A DNA stretch of 64,000 nt from Callorhinchus milii (taxonomy: Eukaryota). A program made the position numbers and the translations under genes. Below, one piece after another: positions 51,601-60,994 of this stretch. Numbering within the stretch: the first letter of the stretch is position 1; each line of letters begins with the position of its first letter. The stretch lies in contig NW_024704742.1 in the NCBI RefSeq assembly GCF_018977255.1, positions 129,706,001-129,770,000 of the forward strand, read 5' to 3'. The notes under the pieces were generated by a model. It was given only the letters and a program-made list of their open reading frames with translations. It was not told the DNA's origin and did no database searches.

Positions 51601-54021
51601 TCATTCCTCTAACACTGGGAATCCTCTGCACTCACTGCTTCTAGGTTCCGGGCTCCCAACCACAACTATCCAACACTGAGTGGCCTGACCAGAGAGTGCA
51701 CAGACTGTTGTACCTCAGGCTGCATTTAGCTCACCAACTAATGCACAACTGATTCTCAGGTAGACTGAGGTAATAATAATAATAATAATAATCCTTGCAT
51801 TTGATATAGCGCTTTTCACGTCGGGAGGACGTCCCAAAGCGCTTCACAGAACACACTGTAAAGTGAATTGACTGTATATTTGTGGGCGAACGCGGCAGCC
51901 AATTGCGCACAGCAATGTCCCACAAACAGTCATGGGTTGAAAATGACCAATGTATTATTGTTTTGGTTTTTTGGAGGGATTATTATTAGGCGTGTGGAGT
52001 AAGGAAACTTGCCCAAAGTTTCGCCCTGCCTGGAATTGAACTCAGGTTTCTCGCTTGCAAAGCGAGTGATCTAACCACTGAGATACAGGACTTTTACATG
52101 ATTAAAAGAGAACCTTTAATTCAACACCCCTATCTCATCTCCCAAATGTTATAAGATCATTTTGTCTGAAACAAAATGCCTGAAAATTGCACCCAGCCAG
52201 CCTCGTTTATAAACAGTACTTGTTTTTTTATTAAAAACAAACCGTGACGTTTCCTGTTACTTTTTCTAACAAGATAAGAGTTGGAGTGGGTGGGGGGGGT
52301 TGAAGGAGGAAGAAATTTGTAGTTTTTCCAATAGTAACTATCAAAGCAGCTGCAGTTGAGACCTGGCAACACATCAGGGCAACTTAGCCTACAGCAGCTT
52401 TAACCCCTGCCCTTATTTTGGTCATGAGGAGTGATGGTAAGTAAATAAAGCTGCATGCTGTAGCTCTTGTGCATTCAGAATGTCATATCTTCTCATTAAA
52501 AATGCCACTGTCCGGAGAAAAAGGCAGCAACAACGCGACCATCCCAGAGACTGAGGCAAACCCTGACAGAGAAGCTGGGATAATGCAACGTTTGGCAATA
52601 CAGACTCTTTGGGTGCAGGGGGACAAGAAACTTCCTGCAGAGGATCCGCTCTCCACAAGGAAAATTGCCAGCAATAAAAAGTAGGAATGGAATGCCCTGC
52701 CGGGAGCAGTGGTTGAGGCAAAATCTGTATCGCCCTTCAAGAGGAAATTGGACTAGACCCTTAAAAGAGTCAGCTGCAGCGGTATGGGGGCAGGGAAATG
52801 GGACTGAATGGATTGCTCTTCAGGGAGTCGGCACAGACATGATGGATCAAATGGGACGCCTTCTGTGCAGTGGATTTATCTGATTCTCCGTGTAAAAATC
52901 AAGGCGTTTGCTTGCTCTCTGAGCTGAACCTGCTGCGCCATCCGGGCAAAATGATTTCCTATCATTAAAAGGGATGGGGTGGGGGAGAATTATCAGAGAC
53001 CTGGCAATACTAATTACATAATCTTTTACACGATTAAAAGAGACCCTTTAATTCAACAGCCCCATCTCATCCCCCAAATGATAGGAGATCATTTTGACGG
53101 AAACAAAACGCCCGAAAATTGCACACAGCCAGCCTTGTTTACAAACTGTACTTGTTTTTTTTATTAAAAACAAACCCTGACACGTCTCCTGCTACTTTCC
53201 ACAGAAGCTCGTGTTTAAACTTGCTCAGAGAACAACTCTTGTCGGGCGGACTTGGCGGACTAAAACTCACGGACGGGCAGCTTTGGGAGAGNAAAAAAGG
53301 AGTTAAATATATCATTTGGTTGCATTTAGTTGATGGAAACTCATACCAATCATTCCCCCCTCCCCCACCCCTCTCCACACACACCTATTCCATAGGTCAC
53401 TTGGGCTAGATAAACATACCATTAAACATTATGAAATAGTGTGTGGTTTGGGAGTCTGGCAGTGGATAAATACTGAATACTAAAATAAAGTGCTCCTTTG
53501 CAATGCTGTTGCAATTGGCAGCCGACTTTCACTCACAAAATAGAGAATCCACTTTACAGTGAAGCGCTTTGAGACGTCTCAACGACATGATAAAGCACTA
53601 CATCAAATGCAAGGATTATTATTCTTATTCTTATGAAGTCAACAGTAAAGTGCTCCTTTGGAATGAAGGCAGACTCACTTTACTTGAGGGGGATATGACT
53701 AACAGTAGGACAGAGAGGGAGTATTTTATAAATAATAGTAATAATAATCCTTGCATTTGATATAGCGTCTTATCGCATCTTTGAGATGTCTCAAAGCGCT
53801 TCACAGAACATAGTGTAAAATGAACTGACCGTGTATTTATATCGGACAGGCGTTTTCTTTTAAAGCTTGATTTCTTTTAAAAAAAGAGTTTTTTTTAAAA
53901 AAAAGTTACTTACGTAAATGTGGTCCTGCAGGAAGCGGCGGCTGAGCACTTCGAGGAGAATGTTCTCATCCAACTGGGATAAGGTAGCCAGGTCGTCGGG
54001 GCTGTGGGCTGCACTGCACAT
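558..54021 (-). CDS. Unconventional myosin, myosin-III-related motor without N-terminal kinase (probable class XXVIII/Myo28; 'myosin-IIIb-like'); 22 exons in window, 3' end runs off the left edge
   Basis: 22 exons with AG/GT (one GC) boundaries join in consistent phase into one ORF of ~703 codons carrying [101 protein letters not shown] and an IQ start. Confidence 0.93.
1244..1291 (-). CDS. Myosin exon 21, converter ([16 protein letters not shown])
   Basis: TAG/GTAAGT, phase 2-2; C..IL.....W..G pattern. Confidence 0.87.
2147..2194 (-). CDS. Myosin exon 20, converter ([16 protein letters not shown])
   Basis: polypyrimidine-CAG/GTAAAT, phase 2-2; completes F..RY. Confidence 0.87.
2589..2674 (-). 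CDS. Myosin exon 19, SH1/SH2 helices ([29 protein letters not shown])
   Basis: CAG/GTACAA, phase 0-2. Confidence 0.95.
3228..3375 (-). mobile_element. CR1 LINE 3' end fragment
   Basis: Near-identical to the first part of 42815-43082. Confidence 0.75.
4203..4322 (-). CDS. Myosin exon 18 ([40 protein letters not shown])
   Basis: AAG/GTAAGT, phase 0-0; SL..LM......PHF.RCIK. Confidence 0.95.
5428..6315 (+). mobile_element. L2-clade LINE fragment (degenerate RT C-terminus and 3' tail)
   Basis: [22 protein letters not shown]2-type 3' tail. Confidence 0.85.
7158..7223 (-). CDS. Myosin exon 17, loop 2 part 2 ([22 protein letters not shown])
   Basis: CAG/GTATGT, phase 0-0; ends in (T/S)V...FK. Confidence 0.9.
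7767..7813 (-). CDS. Myosin exon 16, loop 2 part 1 ([16 protein letters not shown])
   Basis: CAG/GTGAGT, phase 1-0; resembles the myosin-III 'LTKTGNL' segment. Confidence 0.85.
8435..8546 (-). CDS. Myosin exon 15 ([37 protein letters not shown])
   Basis: CAG/GTAACT, phase 0-1; V.Y...GFLEKNRD. Confidence 0.96.
8735..9098 (+). mobile_element. tRNA-derived SINE, near full length
   Basis: tRNA-like head with A box and B box GGTTCGATTCC, central CCTCTGTTTACCTAGCAGT, Deu-like 3' half, L2-like tail. Confidence 0.85.
10171..10284 (-). CDS. Myosin exon 14 ([38 protein letters not shown])
   Basis: TAG/GTGTGT; F...HYAG motif. Confidence 0.95.
10603..10912 (-). mobile_element. L2-clade LINE 3' end
   Basis: GRAFSF.APTLWN..P / KAGLKT.LF; tail with (TTG)n; similar to 24762-25188. 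Confidence 0.85.
11258..11323 (-). CDS. Myosin exon 13 ([22 protein letters not shown])
   Basis: CAG/GTAAGA; 83-bp preceding intron; KP.G...LLDE...FP. Confidence 0.95.
11407..11493 (-). CDS. Myosin exon 12, relay ([29 protein letters not shown])
   Basis: CAG/GTAAAA, phase 0-0. Confidence 0.93.
12029..12129 (-). CDS. Myosin exon 11, switch II ([34 protein letters not shown])
   Basis: CAG/GTAAGT, phase 1-0. Confidence 0.96.
12716..13065 (+). mobile_element. DeuSINE (SacSINE1/AmnSINE1-like), older copy
   Basis: Deu-domain motifs GTGCC.TCTTTC...AGAC.TTAAAC.GAGG.CC.GTCTGCC..TCAGG..CCCATGGCACT..GTGTCCTGGCCAA..TTGGTCATT..GTTTGTGGGA. Confidence 0.75.
13190..13309 (-). CDS. Myosin exon 10 ([40 protein letters not shown])
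   Basis: TAG/GTAAGC, phase 1-1; RD..AK..Y...F.WIV..N. Confidence 0.95.
14381..14489 (-). CDS. Myosin exon 9 ([36 protein letters not shown]), GC donor
   Basis: CAG acceptor; frame with exon 10 requires donor GAAG|GCAAGA; Glu at the TEDS position (16 residues before D of DSIAK). Confidence 0.9.
17711..17836 (-). CDS. Myosin exon 8 ([42 protein letters not shown])
   Basis: TAG/GTAAGT, phase 0-0; ILA.IL.LGNI.F motif. Confidence 0.94.
18568..18670 (-). CDS. Myosin exon 7 ([34 protein letters not shown])
   Basis: CAG/GTAAAA, phase 2-0; YL...AM..VGF pattern. Confidence 0.92.
19755..20108 (+). mobile_element. tRNA-derived SINE
   Basis: Same family as 8735-9098; (ATT)n end. Confidence 0.8.
21072..21228 (-). 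CDS. Myosin exon 6 ([35 protein letters not shown]...FYR)
   Basis: AAG/GTAACT, phase 1-2; lies within ORF track 21068..21250. Confidence 0.96.
21400..21752 (-). mobile_element. tRNA-derived SINE
   Basis: Same family; head GATTCCCGTAGCGTATTGGTT...GGTTCAATTCC. Confidence 0.82.
22485..22587 (-). CDS. Myosin exon 5, switch I ([34 protein letters not shown])
   Basis: CAG/GTAAAG, phase 0-1; preceded by a 17.2 kb intron. Confidence 0.96.
22850..23080 (-). mobile_element. L2-clade LINE internal fragment
   Basis: Similar to other L2 copies (LHWLP..IEFKIL region). Confidence 0.75.
24762..25188 (+). mobile_element. L2-clade LINE 3' end, relatively young
   Basis: [33 protein letters not shown]; stem-loop tail then TTGTTGTTGTTG. 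Confidence 0.88.
30858..31235 (-). mobile_element. Unclassified poly(A)-tailed interspersed repeat
   Basis: Similar copies at ~50515-50855, 61797-62030, 33355-33480, 47125-47205 and 50945-51016; shared terminus TGTCAGACAC.CGGCTGAC/T followed by A-rich tract. Confidence 0.65.
32945..33310 (+). mobile_element. L2-clade LINE RT fragment
   Basis: [29 protein letters not shown]. Confidence 0.8.
37532..38927 (+). mobile_element. CR1-clade LINE, 5'-truncated and degenerate (RT domain to 3' end)
   Basis: [77 protein letters not shown]; frameshifts and stops; CR1-type 3' end GGCCGAATGGC..CCTTCTGTGC..ATTCTATG. Confidence 0.92.
39791..39893 (-). CDS. Myosin exon 4, P-loop ([34 protein letters not shown])
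   Basis: CAG/GTCAGT, canonical P-loop, phase 2-0. Confidence 0.96.
40737..40864 (-). CDS. Myosin exon 3 ([43 protein letters not shown])
   Basis: CAG/GTGAGA, PPHIFA motif, phase 0-2. Confidence 0.95.
40960..41640 (-). mobile_element. L2-clade LINE 3' portion
   Basis: ORF 41156..41524: [11 protein letters not shown]...[11 protein letters not shown]...LQWLP...[10 protein letters not shown]...APPYLSDLL. Confidence 0.9.
41883..42271 (-). mobile_element. L2-clade LINE 3' end, flanked by pieces of a CR1 3' fragment
   Basis: [11 protein letters not shown]...GGRAFS...LWNSIP...[10 protein letters not shown]; (CAA)n tail on plus; flanks ~41838-41883 and ~42272-42370 look like consecutive CR1 3' sequence. 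Confidence 0.85.
42815..43082 (-). mobile_element. CR1 LINE 3' end fragment
   Basis: AGGCCATTCGGCCCTTCG.GCCTGCCCCGCCATTCAAT..ATGGCTGATC; similar to 55950-56190. Confidence 0.78.
43235..43300 (-). CDS. Myosin exon 2 ([22 protein letters not shown])
   Basis: CAG acceptor, GTAGGT donor, phase 0-0, conserved TY.G.ILIA.NPF. Confidence 0.95.
43695..43985 (+). mobile_element. DeuSINE copy
   Basis: GTCGGAGATGCC..CTTCGGATGAGAC..TCAGGTGGATGTTAAAGATCCC..GGCACTATTCGAA; shared 3' tail. Confidence 0.78.
46451..46525. repeat. Tandem repeat, 30-bp unit x2.5 (AATAATTTGGTCACTCAATAATAACCAAAT), at the start of a SINE fragment
   Basis: Exact head-to-tail repeats seen in sequence. Confidence 0.9.
47843..47912. 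repeat. Tandem repeat, 28-bp unit x2.5 (TGGGAGGACTCCTGTTGGGAGGCCTCAG)
   Basis: Exact head-to-tail repeats. Confidence 0.9.
49645..49955 (+). mobile_element. tRNA-derived SINE, short subfamily
   Basis: Head GAGTCCTGTAGCTCATTGGTTAGAGCAC...GGTTCGATTCC; lacks central block. Confidence 0.85.
50515..50855 (-). mobile_element. Unclassified poly(A)-tailed repeat, second copy
   Basis: GCTTAAGAG.ATCCAAAC, CTTACCTAATTC..GAAAGTATTAGGCGCAG and CAGCTAAAAC shared with the 30858 copy. Confidence 0.65.
51770..52092 (-). mobile_element. tRNA-derived SINE, short subfamily
   Basis: Head to (ATT)n tail; central deletion. Confidence 0.87.
52091..53198. repeat. ~175-bp direct duplication in myosin intron 1 (52091-52264 and 53023-53198)
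   Basis: Co-linear, e.g. GATTAAAAGAGA.C.TTTAATTCAACA, GAAAATTGCAC.CAGCCAGCCT, GTACTTGTTTTTTTATTAAAAACAAACC. Confidence 0.88.
53914..54021 (-). CDS. Myosin exon 1 ([36 protein letters not shown])
   Basis: ATG at 54021, in-frame TGA upstream at 54082-54084, donor GTAAGT, myosin N-terminal DDL..L..L motif. 5' boundary less certain (possible acceptor at 54041-54042). Confidence 0.85.
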
Positions 54022-54490
54022 AGTGAGAGGATGTGAGTGACTGTGAGATGGGAGGACAGGGGGCAAACACTGACCAGCAGCTCAAGGCTGGGCTGGGCTC
54101 ACTCTCCTCTCCTCTCCTCAAAAACGCAGCCACTTTACAAAAGTTTGGATTTTCTCCTCCTCCTCCTCTTCTTCTTCAGGCAAATGTCCCCGCTTTTTTT
54201 TCCAAAAAATTGGGGAAAAAAAAGCAATAAACTTGTGGTTTTCTGAGTTTCCTTTTTTTTCTTTCTATCTCCCCCTTCTCCCCCTCTCTCTCTCTCTCTC
54301 TCCTTCTGTCTATCTAACTATCTGTCCATTTGGTAATACGGTCTAGCGACTAGGAACTGGGAGCAGAAGGCGCTCCCACGCTGCCGGCACGTTCTTTGTT
54401 TCATTAAAGCGAAGGGACTAGTCAATTGGTTGTTGTGAGTCTCTGTCTCCCTGTTTGGAGGAGCTGACTGGCGCCCCCTCACAAGGCCGA
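54022..54490 (-). promoter_or_regulatory. Putative promoter/5'UTR of the myosin gene
   Basis: Locally CpG-richer, repeat-free stretch; CCAAT on minus strand at ~54425-54429; purine-rich/(GA)n tract ~54240-54305 leading toward the ATG. Confidence 0.45.
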
Positions 54491-54569
54491 CACCTGATGG
54501 GGCTCCTCTAGGGTTTCACTGAGTGGCACCAGCAGAAGAAATCATTATCATCATCGTCACAACAACAGT

Positions 54570-54884
54570 AGTAATAATAATAATCCTTGCATTTGATGCA
54601 GCGCTGTTCACGTCTTCTCGACATCTCAAAGCGCTTCACAGAATATACTCCAAAGTGAATTGACCGTACGTTTGTGGGCGAAACGTGGCAGCCAATTGCG
54701 CACAGCAGTGTCCCACAAACACTCGTGGATTGAAGTGACCAATTCATTATTGTTTTTTTTCTAGAGGGATTATTATCAGGCGTGTGGAGTAAGGAAACTT
54801 GCCCAAGGTTTCACTCTGGTGGGAATCGAACCCAGGTCTCTCGCTTGTGAGGCGAGTGCTCTAACCACTGAACTACAGGACTCC
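54570..54884 (-). mobile_element. tRNA-derived SINE, short subfamily
   Basis: As 51770-52092. Confidence 0.87.
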
Positions 54885-54899
54885 ACAATATAACAATAC

Positions 54900-55770
54900 A
54901 ATAATAATAATCCTTGCATTTGACATAGCGCCTTATCACACCATTGAGACGTCTCAAAGCGCTTCACAGAATATTGTAAAGTGAAATAAAAACTATATAT
55001 CGTCAAGTGAAGTGACTGTGTATATTGTGAACGAAAAGCACCAACCAATTGGGCACAGCAGTGTCCCACAAACAGTTGTGGATTGAATGACCCAATTTTT
55101 TTTGTGGGATTATTATCCCCAGAAATTGATCCGCCAATCGACTAGCAACCGGGGGTCCTACTAACTGCAAGGTAAACAGAGGCAACAACAACAACAAAAT
55201 TACATTTATAGAGTGCCTTTCACATCGGGAGGACATCCAAAGGCAGTGGACAGTCAGGGGTCAGGACCCGAGCATGGGGGAGGGGTGGGGTAGTGGTGAG
55301 GGAAGGCAGAGAGGTGGGAGGGCGACAAAAGGCGCGATCGAAGAGGAGGGTCTTGAGACCGGCCTTGAAGGAGGCAAGGGAGGAAGTGAGGGGAAGGGAC
55401 TGTGGAATGGAATTCCAGAGTGTGGGGGCAGAGAAGCTGAAAGCCCGGCCACCGATTGTAGGGCGGAGCAGGAGTCATGGAACAGGCCGGATCCTGCTGA
55501 ACGGAGGGAGCGGGCAGGTTAGTAGGGAGTCAGCAGGTCAGAGAGGTAGGAGGGGCAAAGCCATGGATGGCCTTGAAAGTGAGGGCGAGGATCTTGAATT
55601 CGATCCTCTGAGGGATGGGGAGCCAGTGGAGTCGGGCGAGTGTGGGAGTGATGGGGTCACGTAAGGCATGCAAAGTAAGGAAACTTGCCTAAGGTTTCTC
55701 CCCACCTGGGAATCGTACCCGGGTCCTCTCCCTTGCATGGCGAGTGCTCTAACCACTACACTACGGAACG
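54900..55770 (-). mobile_element. tRNA-derived SINE interrupted by an L2 insertion
   Basis: 3' part 54900-55184; head 55664-55770 (GTTCCGTAGTGTAGTGGTT..., tRNA-Val-like). Confidence 0.82.
55185..55662 (-). mobile_element. L2-clade LINE 3' end nested in a tRNA-SINE
   Basis: High similarity to 41883-42271 and 10603-10912; AGGCA on both sides. Confidence 0.87.
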
Positions 55771-55949
55771 CCAACATTTGTGCTTGGCTCTTCCATCAGT
55801 TGTTGTTACTGTATAATAATCCTTGCATTTGATGTAGTATCCTGTGGTGTCGCAGTTGGGTGAGACCATTTGTTCAGCTGTTCTAAGACGTTATGCTTTG
55901 TGAAGAGCACCATGCCAACAAATTGTTGTAGCGACTTTCAGTTCAGAAG

Positions 55950-56190
55950 GATAAGAACATAAGAACATAAGAATTAGGAGCAGGTGTAGGCCATTCGGCC
56001 CCTCGAGCCTGCCCCGCCATTCGATAAGATCATGGCTGATCTTCTGACCTACCTCTAATTACCTGCCCTATCCCCATATCCCTTAATCCCTCTATTTTTA
56101 AAAAAATCTATCAGTCTCAGCCTTGAAGATATTCAAGGACTGAGCATCTTCAGCCTTCTGGGGTAGTGAATTCCATAAATTCACTACCTT
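55950..56190 (-). mobile_element. CR1 LINE 3' end fragment
   Basis: (ATAAGAAC)n terminal repeat plus CR1 3' UTR motif. Confidence 0.8.
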
Positions 56191-56789
56191 CACTACAAGT
56201 TGTTGTTGTTAAGAAAAAATATTCAACCCAACATTTGCACTAGTTACTTTTAAATTAGTCCTAGGGTTACACTATAGTTCTGCTGCATATGTGCCTTTAG
56301 CATTTGAAAAACACCTCGTATCATTTTGGAATGTTGTAGCCAATTGTAAACTATGTCCTTCAATTCCATTGCACTTAAAAGTTTTGCAATTGATAGCTTA
56401 TCTTCTAAAGAGCAATATTTCTATTTGGTAATCTTTGACATTTCCCAAAAATGTCGAGAGTCATGTTTTTATTATGTGCAATTTAGTTTATGATGAAAGA
56501 TTGAAGCAACTAATGAGGCCTTGCACCATTTCTAACACAACCATTACGTTGATTCACTTAGAATCATTGTAGAATCATAGAAAGCTACAGCACATTAAGG
56601 CAACCATATTGGAGACACCAGGAACATGCAAGCTAAACAGTTCTCTGTGTATTTTGGAGCATTTTATACTTATAATAACCCTTGCATTTGATATAGCGCC
56701 TTGTCACATTGTTGAGATCTCTAAAGCATTTCACAGAATATATTGTAAAGTGAATTGACTGTGTATTTTGTGGGCTTTGACATCCTGGA

Positions 56790-57225
56790 AGCCATAACAC
56801 ATGGGATATTCCAGGGCTTAGCGACAGTGCAGAGGAAAAAAATAAGACTTAATTTGCGGTGTTAGGGAATGAGTTGTGAGAAATAGCTAGATTAGATTGG
56901 GCTCGTCAGTCTTGAAAAGAGACATTTCAGAGGAGACTTTACAGAGGTATAGAAGATTTCAATAGGCTGAGAAACTATTTCAAAGGAGCTGGACAAAAGA
57001 ACAAATTCAGGATTGTGAAGAGCCATTTCAGGACAAACACCGGGAAGCATTTCTTCACACATAGAGCAGTTAATGGCTGGAATGGAGTACTAGGAATGGT
57101 GGTTGAGATCAGGATACTGTACTCATTTAATAAATAACTTGCTGCTGTAACAGGAAGAAGGTAAGGTGGGTATTCTGGAAGGTGAGGCAAATGAGTTGAA
57201 AGGTCTTCTTCATCCAAACCCAATG
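56790..57225 (+). mobile_element. Old CR1 LINE fragment
   Basis: Degenerate LEK.R.RGD and FFT.R..N.WN similarity to 38435-38836. Confidence 0.65.
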
Positions 57226-57856
57226 TATGATGTAGCCCCAAAGCGTACATTATGAAAATGCTGAAAATTAATCTGTTTAAACCATGCAGTTTACTAGTAC
57301 AAGACACTACTAAGTTTTTCACCAGTTGTCCACTCGTGACCACTGTACTAGTTAGAGTATTGGCTTGCAGAAGTATCAGAAGAATAGCATCCCCAGTGAC
57401 GTGCCTTATCCAGGTCTATCCCGACAAACCCCATTGATCACACAGGCAGTTTGGTCAGAGAAGAGCACGTGCTATTCCTAGCACACTGTTGCTCCAACAA
57501 GTTTTGCCAAGACGTTTCACTGCTCCAAAGTGAGCTCCTAATATTAAGCATATCATAAAGGGAAAACAGGCCTTTACATTGAGTGAGGCAAAATTATCAA
57601 TTACAGAGGATAATTGATAACAGCATGGGAGCAGCTATTGTCTCAAATAGGAGGGATAGTGTGCTTGCATAAGAAACAGTGCCTACTGCCTGAAGAGTGT
57701 AACCTAAAGAGAGTATTTATATATATTTATATATAATATTATTATTATAGTATGGGATTTATTTTTAACTTTGATCTGAAAATTCCAAATTGCTGTATGA
57801 CCAAAACTTTTGAAATAATTTTATAACTTTGAATTAATTTGTGTTAAAAGAAATCC

Positions 57857-58176
57857 ATATAATAATAATTGCAACTTCACAGAATGTACTGTAAAGTGAA
57901 TTGACTGTATATTTGTGGGAGAAATGCGGCAGCCAATTGCGCACAGCAGTGTCCCACAAACAGTCGTGGATTGAATGATCACATTTTTTTTTGGAGGGAT
58001 TATTATACCCAGAAAAGCCATCTGCCAACCGACTGACGACCGGGATCCTACTTACTGCTAGGTAAACATAGGTGTGCGGAATAAGGAAACTTGCCCAACA
58101 TTTCGCCTTGCCGGGAAGAGAACCCAAGTCTCTCGCTTGAGAGGTGAGTGCTCTATCTATTGAGCTACAGAACTCC
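57857..58176 (-). mobile_element. tRNA-derived SINE, long subfamily
   Basis: Contains central block; tail partly deleted. Confidence 0.85.
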
Positions 58177-58394
58177 ACATTTGTGAGCGAAACATGGGCA
58201 GTAGGGTCCAAATTTCGGGGCCCAGAAGATGGCAAAGTGAAAAAGGTGGAACTGATTTTAAACGAATACAAAAACAGGTTTTGCGCCAGGTGCCTCAAAA
58301 AAAGCTTCTTGTGGCTGCGGAAACGAAGGCAACCTCTTCTGCAATGCATTTTATCCTTACCCCCTGGGAAAACCATAAGCATTTTGAAAATGGT

Positions 58395-58747
58395 AAATAA
58401 TAATAATAATAATCCTTGCATTTGATATAGCGCCTTATCACATCTCCGAGACGTCTCAAAGTGCTTCACAGAATATAGTGTAAAGTGAATTGACTGTATA
58501 TTTTTATGGGCGAATCATGGGAGCCAATTGCGCATAGCAGTGTCCCACAAACAGTCGTGGATTGATTGACCAATTTTTTAAAAAAAATTATTGGCCTGGA
58601 AAAGTGATCCCCCAATCGACTAACAACCGGTTCCTACTTACTGTTAGGTAAACAGAGGCGGGTGGAGTAAGTAAGGAAACTTGCCCAATGTTTTGCGCTG
58701 TCTCTCATTTGCGAGCCAAGTGCTCGAACCACTGAGCTACAGGACTC
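58395..58747 (-). mobile_element. tRNA-derived SINE, long subfamily
   Basis: Tail, Deu-like segment, central block, head. Confidence 0.85.
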
Positions 58748-58974
58748 TGATGGTACCTTTTCCAATGGAGCAAAAGCCCACTTCGATAACTTGCTTATTT
58801 GCTGAATATTTTCTAAAATATAGCACATTGTTTGAGCTTGTAAACATTCACATTGCAACATTATACCAGGAATGATCAGTAAAGAGGCTGAAGGTTGGTG
58901 AAAATTGTGCAATTACAGATTTCCCCAACAATATCATTGTTGCAAGTCAGACAAGTTACTCTTGCTCTTACTTT

Positions 58975-59556
58975 GCTCCCATTCTGCAGCTCAAATGTTG
59001 AAAAACTCGTCCATGCATTCGTCACCTCCCGCCTCGACTATTCAAATGTCTTCCTCGCCTCTCTAGCTCCAACATCCACAGAATCCAATTAAACCTACAT
59101 ACACAGTCGCCTGCATACTTACCCGTACTAAATTCCATACCCTCATCACATCAGTTCTAGCCACTGGCTCCCTATCAAGATCCTCGCACTCGTCTTCGAA
59201 TCCCTTCATACCTTGTTACATCCCAATTCTCTGAGATGCTCGTCCCACAACTAACTACCCACTGCCTTCCCTTCACTGGTTATGGCCTCCTGCTTATCCC
59301 TCGTGCCCTCCATTCCACGTCTTCAGCCACGACACACCAAAATTCTGGAACTTTCTCCCTCAAACCCTCTGCCTTGTCCTCTCCTTCTCCGTCTTCAGAT
59401 CGAGCCTGAAGACCTTCCTCTTCGACCGTGCCTAGTCATCCTCCCCACCCCCACGCACCCCCCCCCCACCCCCAGCTCGGGGTCGTGCTCCACCCCTGTC
59501 AGGTTTTCTGGGACACTACCCTGTATGAGGGGGGCTATATAATTGCAGTTGTTGTT
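58975..59556 (+). mobile_element. L2-clade LINE 3' portion
   Basis: [23 protein letters not shown]; tail ...GCTATATAATTGCAGTTGTTGTTG. Confidence 0.85.
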
Positions 59557-60685
59557 GAGTGTTCAAGTGCAGATGCATGAGTCCCTCTTTCTGTTCAGAT
59601 AGTGTTCGGAGGTTCAAAGAACTTAATTAGTGTGATAAGAAGGAGGAAGTCGTCAGATTGTTTCACAGTGAGACAGAAATCACCTGTTTGTGTTGTATAA
59701 GACAACATTTGCTGTTTACATGTTAACATAATTTCCCTCCGCAGGAATGTTTTAACATCTGCAAAAGTAATAAATATCAAAAAAAAAGGTTAAGAGTAAA
59801 CAGGGGATCACAACTTCAAAACAAGGGTAACAAAAGAGAATAGCAAGTGCAGGAAGGGTTATATATATATTATATATACAGTATATATAAAACTGAAAGG
59901 TTGATAGGAATGTGGTGAAACTCTTAGCACAGGTGGTGGAAAATGGAACTTATAAGGTCTTTCAGAAAGGAAGTAGACAGGTCCTGGGTACAAAAACAAT
60001 TCAAGCTTATAAGTTTATGAGATAATTATAATGAAAAAATCTTATGGAAAGTCCAATGAATGGGCCAAATGAAAGAATGGCCTTTTTCGGCCTGAAACAG
60101 TTGCTATATTTTACATTGAATATCTTGGATTTACTTGTATTGGCACAATGTGACCACACAGGACAATTGTGTATTGGATTCTTTCAGAGTTCCATTATGT
60201 CCGAGAGGTTCTTGATGACTGACTTGTGTACAGGCTCAAAAGAAATATTGTTTTGGAAGTATTTTAATGAGGTGAAATGAAAGTTCTCAAGAACCACTGC
60301 CACATTTTCTGAATTTCTTTATTTCACCTAAAAAGTCTCCATATTCCAGGATCAGGTACGAAAATAGCCATATGCTCTACCCTTACATTACAGCATTATT
60401 TCACACCGTATTTTGCTATAACATTCCCGATAATTTACTTCATTGCAGCAACTTTTCTTTCCTCACAAATGAATGAACAAAGGCTTTGGTTAAACAGAGT
60501 CTTGTCTAAATCATGATTGCAAACTTGAACCCGTCAAAATTCTGGCAAAATCCAGATCCACGGAAATTGTTATCATGGTCACAGTTTCTTCCTCTATATG
60601 TTGGTGAAATGTTTAGTTACTTCTATTATATTCATGAGTGTAAGCATTTTTTTTGTCACTGGCTTGCCTTTTCGATATAACAGGA

Positions 60686-60994
60686 GTAATAATAATAATC
60701 CTTGCATTTGCTATAGTGCTTTTCATGCCTTCTAAACGTCTCAAAGCGCTTCACGGAATATGCTATAAAGTGAATTGACTGTATATTTGTGGGCGAAACG
60801 CGGCAGCCAATTGCGCACAGCAGTGTCCCACAAACAGTCATGGATTGAAAAATTTATTATTGTTTTGATTGTTGGAGGGATTATTATTAGGTGTGTGGAG
60901 TAAGGAAACTTGCCCAAGGTTTCGCTCTGCCTGGAATTGAACCCAGGTATTTCACTTGGAAAGCAAGTGCTCTAACCACTGAGCTACAGGACTT
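60686..60994 (-). mobile_element. tRNA-derived SINE, short subfamily
   Basis: As 51770-52092. Confidence 0.87.

Noticed and set aside
53292..53292. Single N base
   Set aside because: Assembly ambiguity in an intron.
57834..58469. 211-aa ORF, the longest in the track
   Set aside because: Spans two adjacent SINEs, has no recognisable protein motifs, and its peptides recur in other SINE-derived ORFs.
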